From assembly GCA_977016875.1 (NCBI GenBank), contig CDRNST010000062.1, positions 4,216,001 to 4,280,000 on the forward strand: a stretch of 64,000 nt of DNA, written 5' to 3'. The translations under genes were made by a program, and so were the position numbers. The notes below the pieces were generated by a model, which saw only the letters and a list, made by a program, of their open reading frames with translations, was not told the DNA's origin and did not search any database. This stretch comes from Pavona decussata (lineage: Eukaryota). This document shows, piece after piece, positions 26,351-41,078 of the stretch (positions are counted from its first letter, which is position 1; every line of letters starts with the position of its first letter).

Positions 26351-29300
26351 TCACGTTACCTCATAAAACACTTCAATATCACTGGGAGTAAAATAGGACT
26401 TTCCAGCAAAAAACGCACATCGACCAGATGAAGAATACCCTGGGGGGAGGGCATAGGAGTAGCCGCAAGAGGTGTGGCTATTGTATATCTGACTGTTAGG
26501 GTGTATGTAGATTCCGTGTCCTCTACCAAAAGCCGGCCCACGATCACTTCTTCTGTATGTGGCGTATCTATATTGTCCTGATTTGATCCGTAGCTTAACA
26601 GGATTGTACCTACGGTTGTAGTTGTACAGCGAGTAGATAAAGGCTTTACTGGAATAGGTGTAACCTGAATCTGGAACAAAGATAAACACGTTTTACACCT
26701 ACATGGTATAACTAAAAAAAATCTAAATGATTTAATTACTTTGGGTTAAGAAAAAAAAAAACAAAAAAAAAAAAAAAAACAGGACATTCAGTTATTTATA
26801 AGAACATTTTTCAGATGGGAAATTACAAACCCCAGTCCTTAAAAAATATAGTCGAGCACCACCATTGAGACTGTAGAGTAGACTAAAAGTAATCGTGTTT
26901 TATTCCACAATTGGAAAAATAACTGAAGAATTATTGTCTTGAGTTAGTGCACGCTAGCTGCACAAGTAGCTTACTGAGGAAAACACAACAAGATAAGTGA
27001 TAATTTAATAATCAAACTAAAGTGGAAAAGTGACGGGATGAAGAGCAAAGCCGGATACTTACTACTAGCCCAAGAGACATCTGTATATCCGCCAAATATG
27101 TAACTGCCGACTTTGATGATAGTAACAGTAGGTCCCTTTCCATCACATCTGCTATGGAATGTTGAGGACAGCCAGCCATGCGACGAAGCCCGCCAGCATA
27201 ACAAAAACCTGCTACGGACTGAGTTACGAAGTACTGGGTTTAAATATGAAATCAACTTGTCCACATACGAGCTACTCTTGGAGACGAGAATACTTGATGA
27301 ATAGTAGAGGCCACCTAAACGAGACAAAAATTTTAAGGAGAGGTTAAGGTGATTCCGCTGAAAAAGAAGGAGTATTTAAAATTGTCTAAGACTTGGTCCA
27401 GTTCATGACTATGTTATGAGCATTACAAAAATGCAATAAAAAATGGGGGTCACCGTGCTCGTTTTTGTGCAACCTGGATGGCTATTATAGTAAATAGATG
27501 ACCCACGAGGTTTATATTAGGAACGCTAGTAATCAGAAAAAGGAACTAACATTTCTAGAAAAATTAATTTCTTGCATAAAAATATCGAAGCAGTTCAACA
27601 AAATCTACTTTAATCTTACACAACAAACTATTTTCATTGAACTGGAATTAAAACTATGAAAGAAATTAAAGATTTTGCTGTGTGCACGTAAGCAGCACTA
27701 CCTAAATATGTGCTTTTTAAAGCATTCAAATAAAAATATCTCATAGTAGAGTATTAAACTTTTCTTTAAATCGCGATATATAGTGGTCAACCGTATGACA
27801 TTTAAATTGATTCATTAAAAAATGGGGGTCACCGTGCCCGTTTAGAAGAAAAGGACCATTTATTTTCCTGCCGAGCTTAACCTCAATGAAATCCCGTAAT
27901 GTTGTGCGCGCGCGCGCTCGTGCGCGCGCTAAATGACCCGAAAAATTATGGGCAGCAAGGATGCGCAATGCAATTCGATGGAATCACCTGAAGTAACAGC
28001 CTTGTCTCTACCTTGGAATTTAAGATGATGGATGCGACATTGTCGTTCAACGCCCTCTAATTTCAAAATAAGAACAGTATTATCCTGTAGCTATACTTAT
28101 TTGACCCTGAAGAGGAGGTTTTGTTGCGGACATGAAAACAGGCAGTGGTGACTCACGACCTTCAGGTAGGTGGGTGGCCCACTGTCAAACGCTGGACTTC
28201 CTTCTCTTTGTGAAACAAAATATCTAGTAGCCTCGACTCTACGGGCCTCGGTTTGGTGTAAAAAATAAGATGGGGAGGGGGTGGGAAGAGGAACCTTCCT
28301 TTGATCCACCAGCGAAAGGGATAGATGGTTTGAACACAAGCCTGTTATTGCGGGGAGACAATATCTAATAAAGTGCAGTTTCGGGTGCATTTAACATGTC
28401 TTGATGATATGCCTTTCTGTAAATTGGTTAATGACATGTTATTTGCACTATTTACTTGACCACGGCAGCAGCCGATTACCGCGATTAAGAGGAAAACTCA
28501 CGTTTATATAAGCAGTAGTGTCCGTTTCCATGATAGTTTGACTGACAAGCACAGCTGTAAGACCCCACGGTGTTTGTGCAAACGGCGTACGCGTGACAAT
28601 TGTGCGAGCCACTTGTACATTCATTGATATCTGAAAATTTTGTTACATTGAAACAAAACTGCTCAACATCATGTTTGAATGATTATCACATCATAACACA
28701 ACTCATTATCTGATACCAGTACAAGATACTGCACTGAAACGCATGCGCCAGAGGACTTTCACGCATGCGCATAGCCCGTTACCCTTAAATATCCTAATGT
28801 GAATAATTGTGCTGCTGCCTTATTACGCAATTGCATCAATGCATATTTGTTAACTTGGTTTACGCAGCAGTGATTAAATTTTTTCTTAGGGGATCCTCGT
28901 TTTCAGTTTCACTATAGTTATCTGTTAATACTGTTAGTAATATTGTGCGATTGCAAAAATGCGCATTTTCGTATGCAATTGTACAACAACGTTGTTTCCT
29001 TAAATCGTTTTAAAAAAATGTATATTAAATTAGAACAGTTTTGAATTGATCATGAGGGTCGTAAGTTAGTTCGCTTTTGTTATGGTTTTGCTTTACGGAG
29101 ATCTTCGATTGGTTAGCAAAACTCGCGCTACTTTCTCAACAGATGAGAAGCAAAACCAACATTAACCATGCGAACGCGAAGTCGCGAAGTCGTACCATTA
29201 CATCAAATGATTATTCTATGAGCTGTTAGCACAAGCAAAAGAACTCTTCCATTTCTTACCACTGCAAGTTTTTCCATTTCCAGTAAAACCGGGTTTGCAC

Positions 29301-31995
29301 GTACAAACATAGGAACCGATATTGTTAACACAATTGGCTTTGGGGTGACAAACTGCAGGAGAAGCGCTACATTCATCAATGTCTGACGAAACACAATAGT
29401 AACAGAAACTGAGTTAGTTTTTAGGTTCCTACACAATAAGCAAAGAAACAAATTTGCCAGGCTTTTTTTTAACTATGTGCTGACAGAAAACATCACGATT
29501 TGAGTTGGGGAACCTGTTACATGTGTTTTCTTTTCTCTCGTAGTCTGTTTACAGGATTTCGTTCTTTTAACCTTATAGAAGAATGAAAGTAACTTTCTCT
29601 TGTTGATTAAGACACAGTCCATTATTAGTAGTAATAAATGAGCTACGATCGCAGTTTAGTTCGGATATCCGTAACTGCGATTGTCTCATTTATTAATTGT
29701 TTAATCCACAGTTCAAGTATATGAACTGCATACACTCTACTTGCATCCGGCTTCATTTCAACAGGTATGATAGGAATTCACAAAATGACCAGCTCCCAGT
29801 TGGCTTGATAGCTCAGTTGGTAGAGATGGTGTGTCGTTATCACAGAGGTCATGGGTTCGAATCCTTTTCAACCCTGAAGTTTAAGAGGTTGTCGTATTTT
29901 AATTGCTTAAGTTGGGTATACAACTTCGATGGTCATTCACGTCTCAATTCTTTCATTCACAGTTCAACTTGTATATGACTTTCATATTCACAGAAGCCTA
30001 TTGCCCAGCTCACATAAATGCATTATTTTTGAGTTCCGTTTTCATTTTCCGCCCAATTTGGAGAATGGAAACGATTGAACGCGAGGTCTTCTGATTAGAA
30101 TTTACTGAAAATGCATTTATTTGCAATAAGAAAACAACTTTTTCAATGCCGTTATTTGAAGCATGGTTAATGTAAAGACCGAAAAATTTTACTCAGCTCT
30201 TGTTTCCTGATCGCTAGTCAAGGGGAACGAAGACTTTGGGTACGAGATTGGCATCGACACTTGCATCCTTTTCTTGTTACGTGGACTACTTGACAACGAT
30301 GATTCGTTTAGTCAAGGCCTTCTGTACGTGATCAAAATGGCTGTGCGATGCAATTTTGAATCCGAAGGCAAGACTTCGTCACTTCGTTGTTATTGCCTTT
30401 ACATAAACAAGCGCATGTGCAAATGCATGATGGGTAAAGTACGATCAAAGATGGCAGCTTTTACCACAATGCCTTGCAAGCCGATCACAGCTTATAGGCT
30501 GCTTCCCGACCAACAACATTGTGTATGCTAAGTTTGAAGATTTTGGAACTTTTCTGTGCGTTTTAATGAGCTTTTATAGTGTTTTTGTACGCTAAGAACT
30601 ATGGGTAAAAATATGAGCCGCCATGTTTTTTGGTACAGCAGATTATCATCACCTACGTTCAACTTTCTATGCCTCATGCTACACGCTTAACGTCCGGCTC
30701 CCTGCATTTTGATCCTCGCTTCATTTGCGCATTCTTTGCACTCACTCTACCCGCGCAACAGCCCAGTTAGCTTATAGAATCAAATCTGTGACCAGTCTTT
30801 TACACACCTTCGGTTGCCATGTTACAGTCAGCGAGGACATTCGTTCCTGGTATGATGGAGTAGAACCAGTATTTGCCACTGACAGCTTGTCCTCCTTCAT
30901 TCGCTTTTATTTCTTTGCAAGACTTGGCCGGCAGCTTAGAGATGGAGCCGAGAGGAACTGTGAAGATGAAGCCATTTAACAAAGTTAGCTTATTCTGAGT
31001 AGGAATATACATAGCTGTGGTGCTGTTTGTTATGTTATGAAGGTGTGCTTATTTTTGGGTCTGTGGATGAAATCCTATAAAGTGTGACCATTCAAATGAA
31101 AACTTCTGAGTAGTACGTTCCTGTGGTGCTGTTAATTATGCTGTATAAGGTGGTTCTAACTTTTGAGTCAATGGATGAAATTCTAAAGTGTGACCATTCA
31201 AATGAAAGCTATTGAGCAGTACTTTTCTGTGGTGCTGTTTATTAGGCTATACAAGCTCACATGGTTCTAACTTTTGATTCAATGGATGAAATCCTAACGT
31301 GTGACCATTCAAATGAAAGCTACCGAGCAGTACGTTCCTGTGGTGCTGTTTATTATGCTGTACAAGCTAAGGTGGTTCTAACTTTTGAGTCAATGGATGA
31401 AATCCTAAAGTGTGACCCGTTCAAATGAAAGCTACTGAGTAGTACTTTCCTGTGGTGCTGTTTATTATGCTGTACAAGGTAGTTCAAATATTTGAGTCTG
31501 TGGATGAAATTCAAAAGTGTGACCATTCAAATGAAAGTTACTGAGTAATACTTTCCTGTGGTGCTGTTTATTATGCTGTATAAGGTGGCTCGAATATCTC
31601 AGTCTGTGGACGAAATCGCGGTTATTATTGAAATAAAAAAGAAAAAACATCCAAACATAACTTTAACTCATACCTCTCCTGACATCAAGCTTGACGTAAT
31701 ATCGATCAGGGTCCTTAACAAAATTATCTGGACTCGCTTCCTTCGTGCGGTTGTTCCATTCACACACACTCTCCGAAACCACGAAGTTAAAACTTTGACA
31801 GACGTCTTCTTCTCTGCATACGAACAGACATTCAGCATGGCCAGATGGTGCATAGCGCTTGTTATAAGTGTGTCCCTGTAACTTCATGCCGGAGATTGGC
31901 AGCTGACGGGGTCCATTGCACTGCTCAGCAGTTGAGGCTTTGTGAACCAGGCCAGTTACAGCGATCGCGAGGATGATTGGTGTAAACGCGGCCAT
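26351..31995 (-). CDS. Secreted PAN/apple + SCKEIK module + 2 Ca-binding EGF + TLDc protein (copy B, 431 aa)
   Basis: Exons 31995-31674, 30957-30808, 29382-29260, 28630-28502, 27314-27063 and 26670-26351; all introns GT-AG phase 1; 1296 nt open. Signal peptide [23 protein letters not shown]; PAN cysteines; DIDEC/DINEC EGFs; TLDc motifs WRASSHGW...[16 protein letters not shown]...IFGGYT, AFIYSL, GPAFGRG, IEVF. Confidence 0.88.
27348..27988. mobile_element. Kolobok-like MITE in gene B intron 4
   Basis: TIR GGTGATTCC/GGAATCACC with TTAA/TGAA flanks; gene A has the empty GGTTAAGT site at ~7310. Confidence 0.8.
31015..31620. repeat. ~107-bp minisatellite in intron 1 of gene B (5-6 units)
   Basis: Units start near 31017, 31124, 31229, 31340, 31452 and 31558. 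Confidence 0.85.
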
Positions 31996-33163
31996 TGTAT
32001 ATGACTCGTCGGCAAAGGAAAACCTACAATCGAAACATCAACAGGGGCGGTATTAATTTGTATCACAAATTTCGTCAAATTTGCCATTGTCTTATTCAGT
32101 ATGGATTATAAAATCCGCCCGCTTATTGTCACGGTTTCTACAATTGATCGATAAATGAAAGGTCTGGAAACAAGATACACCATTGCGCGCAATAAACTAA
32201 CAGCCATTATCCAGGGTGCAGATAGAATGGTCATTCTTTCCTGCGCCTGTCCTTTTCCTTCATCGTTTTTGCAACGCGCGTACAACATTAGTGACCTTAA
32301 GATTCTAGGACAAGAACGAGTTTTTCCAATAAGAGTGGGCTTGCGCGTGGACCAAGTGTCATTTTCGGGCGCGAAAAACAAGGTAACCGTTGACATTCAG
32401 GTGTCGCAACGGGGACGGCAAGGGAGCTTGGGATGGGTTTTCGCGCTCAATGCGCGCTGAATCACTCAGCTCGATTTCCACTTTGGGTTGCTGCCACGAG
32501 ATTCTTGAAGTGGTGCCAATACTCACGGTTCGTGTGTTTCGCAGTGACGCGTAATACTGCGTGGTGTGGCAGTATAGGGCGACACTCGTTTGACTCAGGG
32601 CTTAATTCGCTCGCGTGACTTACAGCTTTTCTGCGGTTAAGACATTCGCACGAAATTCAAACGAAACGAAAACGAAAACTAACGCCTTATGTTTTCCCGT
32701 GTATATCACGAGGATGTATTGTAGCCTAAATCCATCAATCCTAACACTGAAAATTCGGCACCTTGCATGATTGCGTAAATTTTTGAATGAAGGAAAATGG
32801 ACAAAACTAAGCAGTTGAAAAAACAAATTGTCATTTTTTTGTGTGTTTTGGAAGTTGGGCAAGTTCAAATGCAGCCCAATAATTAAATTTTTGACAAGTT
32901 TTAATAAAATTGTCTAGTTTATGACGCCAATGGAACTTGCTGTCGGTATAAGCGCTAAGTGGTTGTTGGTGAAATATATTTTAGAACAAGAGTAATTAGG
33001 AACTCTTGAATATGAGCGATGGTTGGAACTCTTCAAGTGCATCATAGTCCTTTCCACCATTTTAGTCATTTGAGCCAAAGGCACTTCCCCTTATCCTCTT
33101 CCTTATCCTCGAGTGCATTCCGGAGTAGTGGCCAATACGTAAGAGATAAATACCGAGAACGGA

Positions 33164-33195
<32 letters not shown>

Positions 33196-36047
33196 AGGTA
33201 TTTATCTGACTTATTTCATGAAATTATTCCTTTGTTCAAGGGGACAAACGCCGGCTAATTAGTACCGTCACACTTAGGTGAGAAACGGAGAACAATAGAA
33301 GCAACCTGATGTGTGCGTTTCTCGCAGTACTGCTAATGTAAATGAGGGATTTATCTGTATAAATCCCTCGTTTCAGTTAGTTTAATATTCATGAAGGATG
33401 TAAGTTAAAAAAAAAGGATGTTGAATAACAAAAGAAAATGTGTGATTCATGAAATAATTTTAGAATAAATACTGAATTTGCTGTCAAGTTTTCTTTTATA
33501 ATAACAAAGCTGAAAATCTGCCTGTTGAGTTAATTTCTGATGAATTAAAAATGCAAACTTATTTTTGTCAAAAGTTTTTTTTTTTCATCAGTATTCAATC
33601 GAATTATTGATGAGCGCCAATGTTCTCCAAGCTTTTCCTTGTCCCATTCATATGTTAAAACGCATTTAAACTTTTAAGAGCCCTACATGAAGACTCTTTG
33701 TCTCTTCCCATTTGTTGTGTTTCTCCCGCTATGTTTAAAATTCCAGTTTAGGATTAATTTTGAGCGAGCAATTTTCCAGTACAAGCTACTGAAGCGATGA
33801 AAGTTGTTCTGACTTCACAACTGCGAGCTCTGGCCATTTTATCTGAAACATTAATGGGAATCGAAACATTTTTCGAGAAAGTCAATGTTTCACTTACGTC
33901 CAGGAGCTAAGAATGCGTGTCAAAGTTTTTCCCTTGTCAGGATGTCAAACTCAAACAAAAACTAGCCGGCAGTAGGAATCCATTCACTCGCAGCATGCAA
34001 AGAAATTTCGGCTAGATTGCGGGGATGACTCTAGAGTAAAAAAATTGAAAAACTAAACAGCGTCCTATCCAAGATAAACAGCTTTCTGTTCAAAGCGATA
34101 AATTTAACATAGCTACTAGTGGAAGTATATAGGTAACTTAACTGGAAGTTTTTAGCTAACTAAAGCTAGGTGGAAAAGATAACTATATTAGCAGTATGTC
34201 TAACGAAAGAGTCGTGTTAGAGAGTCTTGGTTCTTCTTGTTCAGACGAGAAACGAGTTTCTGTTTTATACATAACGGGAAGTTCGTCTTATATTAGTAAA
34301 GCACACGTTTCACTTCTCCTCTTCCACTTCCCGTAACTTTGTTTAATTTCCTTTAAGCAGACTTGTGGTTTTTGAAAATTAATTATTAACCACCCTAAAT
34401 TATATCGCCTCTTCAATTTGAGGGTGTTTAAAAGTCCAGGGTCTTATTAGTTGTCACTGGAAGAAAAAAGTATTTCTTTGATTGAGTATCTGAGGCCTTT
34501 GCTGTGAAAAATTCCCTTGTTTAAATAGAATTTTTCAAACCCTTGACTCTTAATTACACTGAATACAACTATAGCGGTAAACCCTTGACTCTTAATTACA
34601 CTGAATACAACTATAGCAGTATGTGGTTGAAAATACAATGAAAATTTCAGTTCTTTAGAAAAGCAGCTCAGAATAAATTCAAGGAAGAGTTAGAAGAATA
34701 TCGAGAAAAAAAAAATTCAAGAAATGTCTTGGGCAGGAAAAGTAGATGTTTATCTCAATTTCCCAGCGCAAGTTGTATAATATTTTGAAGCATTGGTATA
34801 GTGGCTATTTATACTAATAGTACAGGTTGTTGAACAAATATGTCGCTTTACATCGAAAAGACTGCAAAGACATGGCTGTTGTTCTTGTCGGAACTGAGAA
34901 AAGGAAGGTTTGTTTCCGGACAACGAAGACGTCCCGAAACATTTTCATGCTGCAACACCGAGTACAACTCGTAGTGTTCCAACAACTGGCGTTATGTAAT
35001 CTTTGCGTGCACAACTTTGCTTTGCACGGTTAGACAAATTGCTCACTGAGTTGCCTCACTTGAATAAACAAATGGCTCATTCGAAGAAAATACACTCTTA
35101 TAAGACAGGCGACAATTAAGTTTTACTTTGGTGCCAAAAACCACCCTTTATTTCTGGCAAAGCGATGCAGCACGCTTGTGAAACTTCTGAAATCGGTTTA
35201 CATCCGGCATCTGGCCACTTACTCCGGGACCCTGGTCTCAAGATCGGCGCAAGCGAGAGAGAAAACACATGGAGCTGCAAGGCATGGAAGATTATGAGGG
35301 ACAATTTCTCTCCATCTTGCAACGCATCTCGCAAAGTTTCGAAAAGAAGAGGAACTTGTCTACTTTTTCTGCAACCTGTAACGAAATTTTTAGTTACGAG
35401 GACTTCAAGAGGGGAAGTCATACGCGCAGTTTCGCTCTCAACTTGTTTCGCAATGGCGTTGCTATAATTTTCAGGAAAAACAGCCAGACGTATAACAGTA
35501 CTTTTAAGGAGAACTGCCGACTGTGCAGTGGTGTGAACAATCGCCCCTCACTTGCACTGCAGCTCGGGTTCGAATCCCGTATTTGTTATGTGTGGAGAGA
35601 TGATGTTGTTGCTTTCTTCCTTGCTGCAAAGGTTGTTTTCTAGATTCTGATGTTTTTCTCCCTCCACAAAAACCATTACTGTCAATACCCTTATGAAAGG
35701 CACCTGCGATATGCTTTTTTTCTAGGCCTCTGAAGTTCATAAAGTACAGTCACACCAAAAAAATCTACCCTAGATTTTACAATATTTTCGTCAAGATGGC
35801 TAAAAGTTAGAAGAATAGGATATTTTCCCTCACCTTTTCAAAAATGTACCTGATGCACTTTCAAGTCATAGACAAACTGTTATGTTAAGTAAAACGACGG
35901 AACACTTTTAAAGAGTCGTGCAGGTGGCTGACATTGATAATCACAGTTGACAGGTGAAATACAGCTTCCAATATCAGAATGCAAATAGCTAGGATGACTG
36001 CCTGACACAGCACGATTATAGGAAGTCAGTTATATAAATGAGAACAG

Positions 36048-36498
36048 TGTAATATTTCCTCCCTAGGTATTATTATTCATAAGGTATGGGGAATCGCTCT
36101 GGCCTTGGACTAGCCCAGACCAGACGAAGGTAAATGTGGCAAGGCAAGGTTCAACCCAACTGACTCGAAGGGAGGGAAGGGTGGGCAGCTAAACATGATT
36201 TGAGCTCGCGGCCTCAAGTTGAGTGACAGAGTGTGACACAATGCAATCTATTATATAGCATATTCAAATAATCCCAAGGGAGTTAATTACCAATGCAAAC
36301 TAAGTTTGCATAGTTACGGCCACCTGAGGCAAACCCCACTGGGAGCTAAGTACAAGAGGCAATTAGAACTAAACAAATATCACCGAACCAGAACCTTGCA
36401 AGCAAATTCATAAACACCTCTCACGGCTTTCGGCATCTCATCAAACAAATTCAAAACAATCCAAGACACCGCGTTTCGGTAAATCACAGTATATTACA
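36048..36498. mobile_element. Probable solo LTR (451 bp)
   Basis: Termini TGTAATAT...ATATTACA; begins where A/B upstream homology ends. No TSD seen. Confidence 0.5.
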
Positions 36499-36539
36499 AG
36501 AAAAAGGAGTCTCGTCGCAAAGACTTGTCAGAACAATTC

Positions 36540-36602
36540 TCAATAAAAGGGATAAAAAATTATTGCCCCCGCAGGGTTTTGGCCTAGAGGCCAAAACCCG
36601 AG

Positions 36603-36635
<33 letters not shown>

Positions 36636-39600
36636 TAAGGAATTTCAAAATGTAAGAAAGTAAGTACTGTAAGTAAATTTGTTAGTATGCGAAAAAAATC
36701 TCGATTTGATCAAACTAGGCGCGCACGGTCGTCTCGGGTAATATTTCAGCAAGCGCGAAAGGTGCTATCGGGTAGCTGTCATTCTGCAACCACGAGGTCT
36801 TCGAGCAGCGTTTGACGGTCTTGCGAGCAAGAGTTTGCGTTTCGTCGTCCTCAAGCAGCATTTCGAGTTCTTTCTAGCAGTGTTTCAAGGTCTTGCAACC
36901 ACGAGTTCGCATTTCGCCATCATTTAGCAGCATTTCAACCACGAGTTCGCGTTTTGCCATCTTCTAGCAGCGTGTCAAGGTCTTGCAACCACGAAGTCAC
37001 GTCTCGCCATCTTCTGCATCTTTAGCAGCCTTTCAAACCACGAGTTCACATAATTATACATACAATACGTTGCTGTTTCACAAAACAAAACTGTATGACT
37101 GTAATAGATTTCAATGTCAAATTTACAGAGAAATATGCTAACCAGTTACATGGATGTTAACTTCAATAAATATTCAAACGCTTCTTTTTTAACATTCGTT
37201 TGCACAGTGATTTATATCCAGTAAGAACCATATACAGGTGTTAAACAGATCTTGAAAAGCGATGGCAGGTCTAGTGAAAACTATTACTAGTTTTAAATTT
37301 TTTCAATAAAGCGCCAGGCAGCAATACACATCACAGGTAAGTTCAACACGTGGAAAAAATCTCGCCACTACGACAAAACCACGTGCAAAAATATTTGCAA
37401 TCATAAGGCTGGTTTCCATATGATCGCGGATCGCAGATCGCAGATCGCAATAAGGTCTGCGATCGTCTGCGATCCTGCGATCGTGATCGCAGAAGATAGA
37501 ACCATGTTCTATCTAAAGGCTGGTTTCCAAATGATCGCGGATCGCAGATCGCAGATCGCAATAAGGTCTGCGATCGTCTGCGATCATATGGAAACTACTT
37601 CTGCGATCGTCTGCGATCCTGCGATCGTGATCGCAGACGATCGCAGAAGATAGAACCATGTTCTATCTCCTGCGATCGTCTGCGATCAATTGCCATTGTT
37701 TGCGATCTGCGATCCGCGATCATATGGAAACCAGCCTTTAGATAGAACATGGTTCTATCTTCTGCGATCGTCTGCGATCACGATCGCAAGATCGCAGACG
37801 ATCGCAGAAGTAGTTTCCATGTGATCGCAGACGATCGCAGACCTTATTGCGATCTGCGATCATATGGAAACCAGCCTATAGTCAATATCAGCCTTTGCTT
37901 ATTTAAAAAACAATTGTCACGCCGCCACAAACGACACCACACAGGCAAGGCTAGTGAACACGTGAAAATACTTCAGCCAGTTAAGGCAAAACCACAAAGG
38001 CAAAAAATCTCACAATTCCAGACGCCGCCACAGGCAACACCACACAGGCAATAAAAAAACCACACAGGAAAATACTGCCGCCACTTCAGGCAAAAAAACC
38101 ACACAGGCAATTCACGCAATTTCCAACGCCGCCTCAGGCAACACCACACAGGCCAATTTTACCCTACAGGTAATACCGCCACCACTTCAGGCAAAAAACA
38201 CACAGGAATTTAAGTAATTTCCAACGCCGCCCCAGGCAATACGGCACATAAGCAAATTTTACCCCACAGGTAAGACTAGCCGACTAGAAACTATCCCGCC
38301 AGACAGTCAAACAAATTCTAGATACCTTACTGTTCATGCAAAAATGAACAAGCACAACTTGGGGGATCTCGCCACTACATGCAAACTAAGAACAAACACG
38401 AGGAATTTAACTAGTCTGCGGCACAAAACGAGCTAAAGCTCCGAAAAGACTAAACGAAGGTGAGAACTTAACGTAACTCATCCTGAACTTGACCAGCGAC
38501 AAGTTCTTTATTCCAGAATAAATGAATGAACTATTGAACTATTATCAAGACAAGAAGTTCAATATTTTATATTTAATGTTTCAAATTTTCAATATTGACA
38601 GTCTACGTTTCTCGTTCATTCTTTAAGGGCCATCTCCAACGGTGACCTTGTACTTCAACGACAAACAAGAGGTACCAATATTTGAATCGGGAAGAAAACA
38701 ACGCTACCACACGAAACAAGCAGTGGATATACTATTAAGACAAGCCCCTCTTACCGAAATGTGTACAACACAACCTTTGGGCGTTCGCCAAAACATGTCC
38801 TTCCTTGTCAACGTCAGCAAGCTAAATAACTGGAGAGATGTCAAAGCAGACAGAAACGGAGTTTATGACCGTGTGTTACGATGTGGTGTTTGGACAGTGT
38901 CTTGTGATGTAAGCGAAAATGATACCAGTCTTGAAATCCTCGCCAGGAAGAAAGACAATTTAGGGAGTGACAGTCAGTACCACATAACAATTAATTCCAA
39001 ACGAAACAAGGCATCACCAACACTTGTTCGTTCAATGTTTCTCCTGACCAACAAGAGTGGGAAAATTGTCAATGATGCTTGCCTGCTACAATATCATATT
39101 ATCGCATCGGGAGCGCGAGAAGACACCGTAGAAGTCCAAGTTCTACCCCACGGAAACCGAAAAGAAGGCCAATCGCGCCCCTTTCACCCAACAGCAAAAA
39201 GTACCATGGAGAAAATACACCAGGGCCTTACCGATAGTGGCAGTATTGCCAAGGTGTATCGCGGTATCATGAAAGCTACTGGAGGTCCGACTCACGCTTC
39301 CAATCAAAGTGTTCTTCCTAGAGGAAAGAAGCAAGTAAGCGATGCAAAGTTTGCAAGAAACAGTGCAGACGATCCAGTCAAGGACCTGCTAGTTTATGCA
39401 AGACACAAAGAAAATTCTCCTGTCCTGCATCATTGTGATGTCCCGACTGATGCATGGGTTTTAGGAACCGAAGTGATGTGTTCAGATATCTCTCGTTTCA
39501 CGACTTCTGAAAAGCTGAGCTACCCCCTGTCCATTGATCCAACCTTCAATATGGGCCCCTTTGGAGTTACCCCGGTTGTATACAAGCACCTATTTCTAAA

Positions 39601-41031
39601 ATCCAGGCGGAACGGCGAAAATCCAATTTTTTTAGGACCTTCTATGTTGCACCATCGAAAGACCGTAGAGAATTACCGAATTCACTCGTCAGTGTGTGCG
39701 ACCAACATCAAGAATCTGAATCAGGCCAAGGGGTTTCATGACTGACGGAGAAGAAGCATTGATTCATGCCTGGCCCAGGCCTGGCCCCAGTTGTTCAAAG
39801 GCCAGATAACTTTATCCTCTGGATAAGGTACTATTCGGGGTCTAAAATTTACTTCACGTTAAACGTTGTCCAAGGTTTTCGCACACTCCTAAACTAGACT
39901 GTGGTTAGAGTGGGCATATTTGCTTGTACACGATGAAATACCGAAATCTTTGCACAGATTGAAACTGTCGGATAGTGACTTATCCACCGGATAAAGTTAT
40001 CCGGCCTTTGAACAACTGCGGCCTGGAGTGCAGACATGCCTAAGGCAAAACACCTACGCTGCTTCAAACACTTTGAGGGTAATTGTAAAGAGAAACTAAG
40101 GAAGATAAGTATCTGCAGCGCAAAAGACCAGAAAAAGTTTCTCAACAAGGTGTTTGGAGTCTACGGAAAGGAAGAAGTGATCCTAGATGCAGAGGATAAA
40201 AAAGACCTTAAGAGACGACTGTACGTATGCGTCGAAGGAAGAGCTAGAAAGAGAGGAAAGAGAAGTGCTTGGGTAGGACAGCACATACCAATGCAAGTTC
40301 TGGACATACCTCGAATCAAACTACGAGATGATGAAGAAAAACATGGTTGCAAAGGTTCGACGCCAGGGTGGGTTGAAAGACGGTCCTGATGGCAAACCAA
40401 TCAGATCGTACACAAACCCTTCAGAATCCATGAATCACGTAATGTCTGCAGCGAAGAAGGATGTTGTTTCAAGTAAAAACGAGAAAGAATATGGTTTGAC
40501 CAAGCTTGAATTCACCACTTCCGTGTTCGAAGAAATTTACCAGAAGCAGCAAGATTAATTACGTTTGGCCATCGCTGGAATAAGCGAAGAGTACGAACTT
40601 TCGGAGTTAGTGTCTCACCTTGAGGTCTCGATAGACACGTGGTTTCGCTGGTCAACCGAAGAAAGGGAGAAGTACGTCGCGGACATGAATAAATTGTCAG
40701 TGGAAGACGCACTGGGTAGGAAATCCATTCGTGAACCTGATATAACAAAACAGCCACCAGCGAAAGAATTCACCGAGTTGTCCATAGATGTAGCCCAATT
40801 TCTGAAGCAAAATATGGGATACAAGTTGGTCACAGCAAAGGCATGTCGCGGAAAACGCCCGACTTTTAGTAAACCACCCACTTGCCATCCAGGAGCAACC
40901 AACCTTGCAACCTTCTTTATTTTTCAACCTTCTTTATTTTTCTTTTTCCTTTTTTTTTTTTTTTGTTCTTTTTAATTTTCGAGGACTTATTTGTAAATCA
41001 CTTATTAGTGAAATTGATTTCCTCAATAAAG

Positions 41032-41078
<47 letters not shown>

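Noticed and set aside
9390-29874. Four tRNA genes
   Set aside because: Acceptor and anticodon stems do not pair; they are embedded in a longer shared repeat, so they are SINE-like.
31015-31620. CRISPR-like array (also 14472-14940 and 230-510)
   Set aside because: Whole units repeat with no unique spacers, no cas genes, eukaryotic context.
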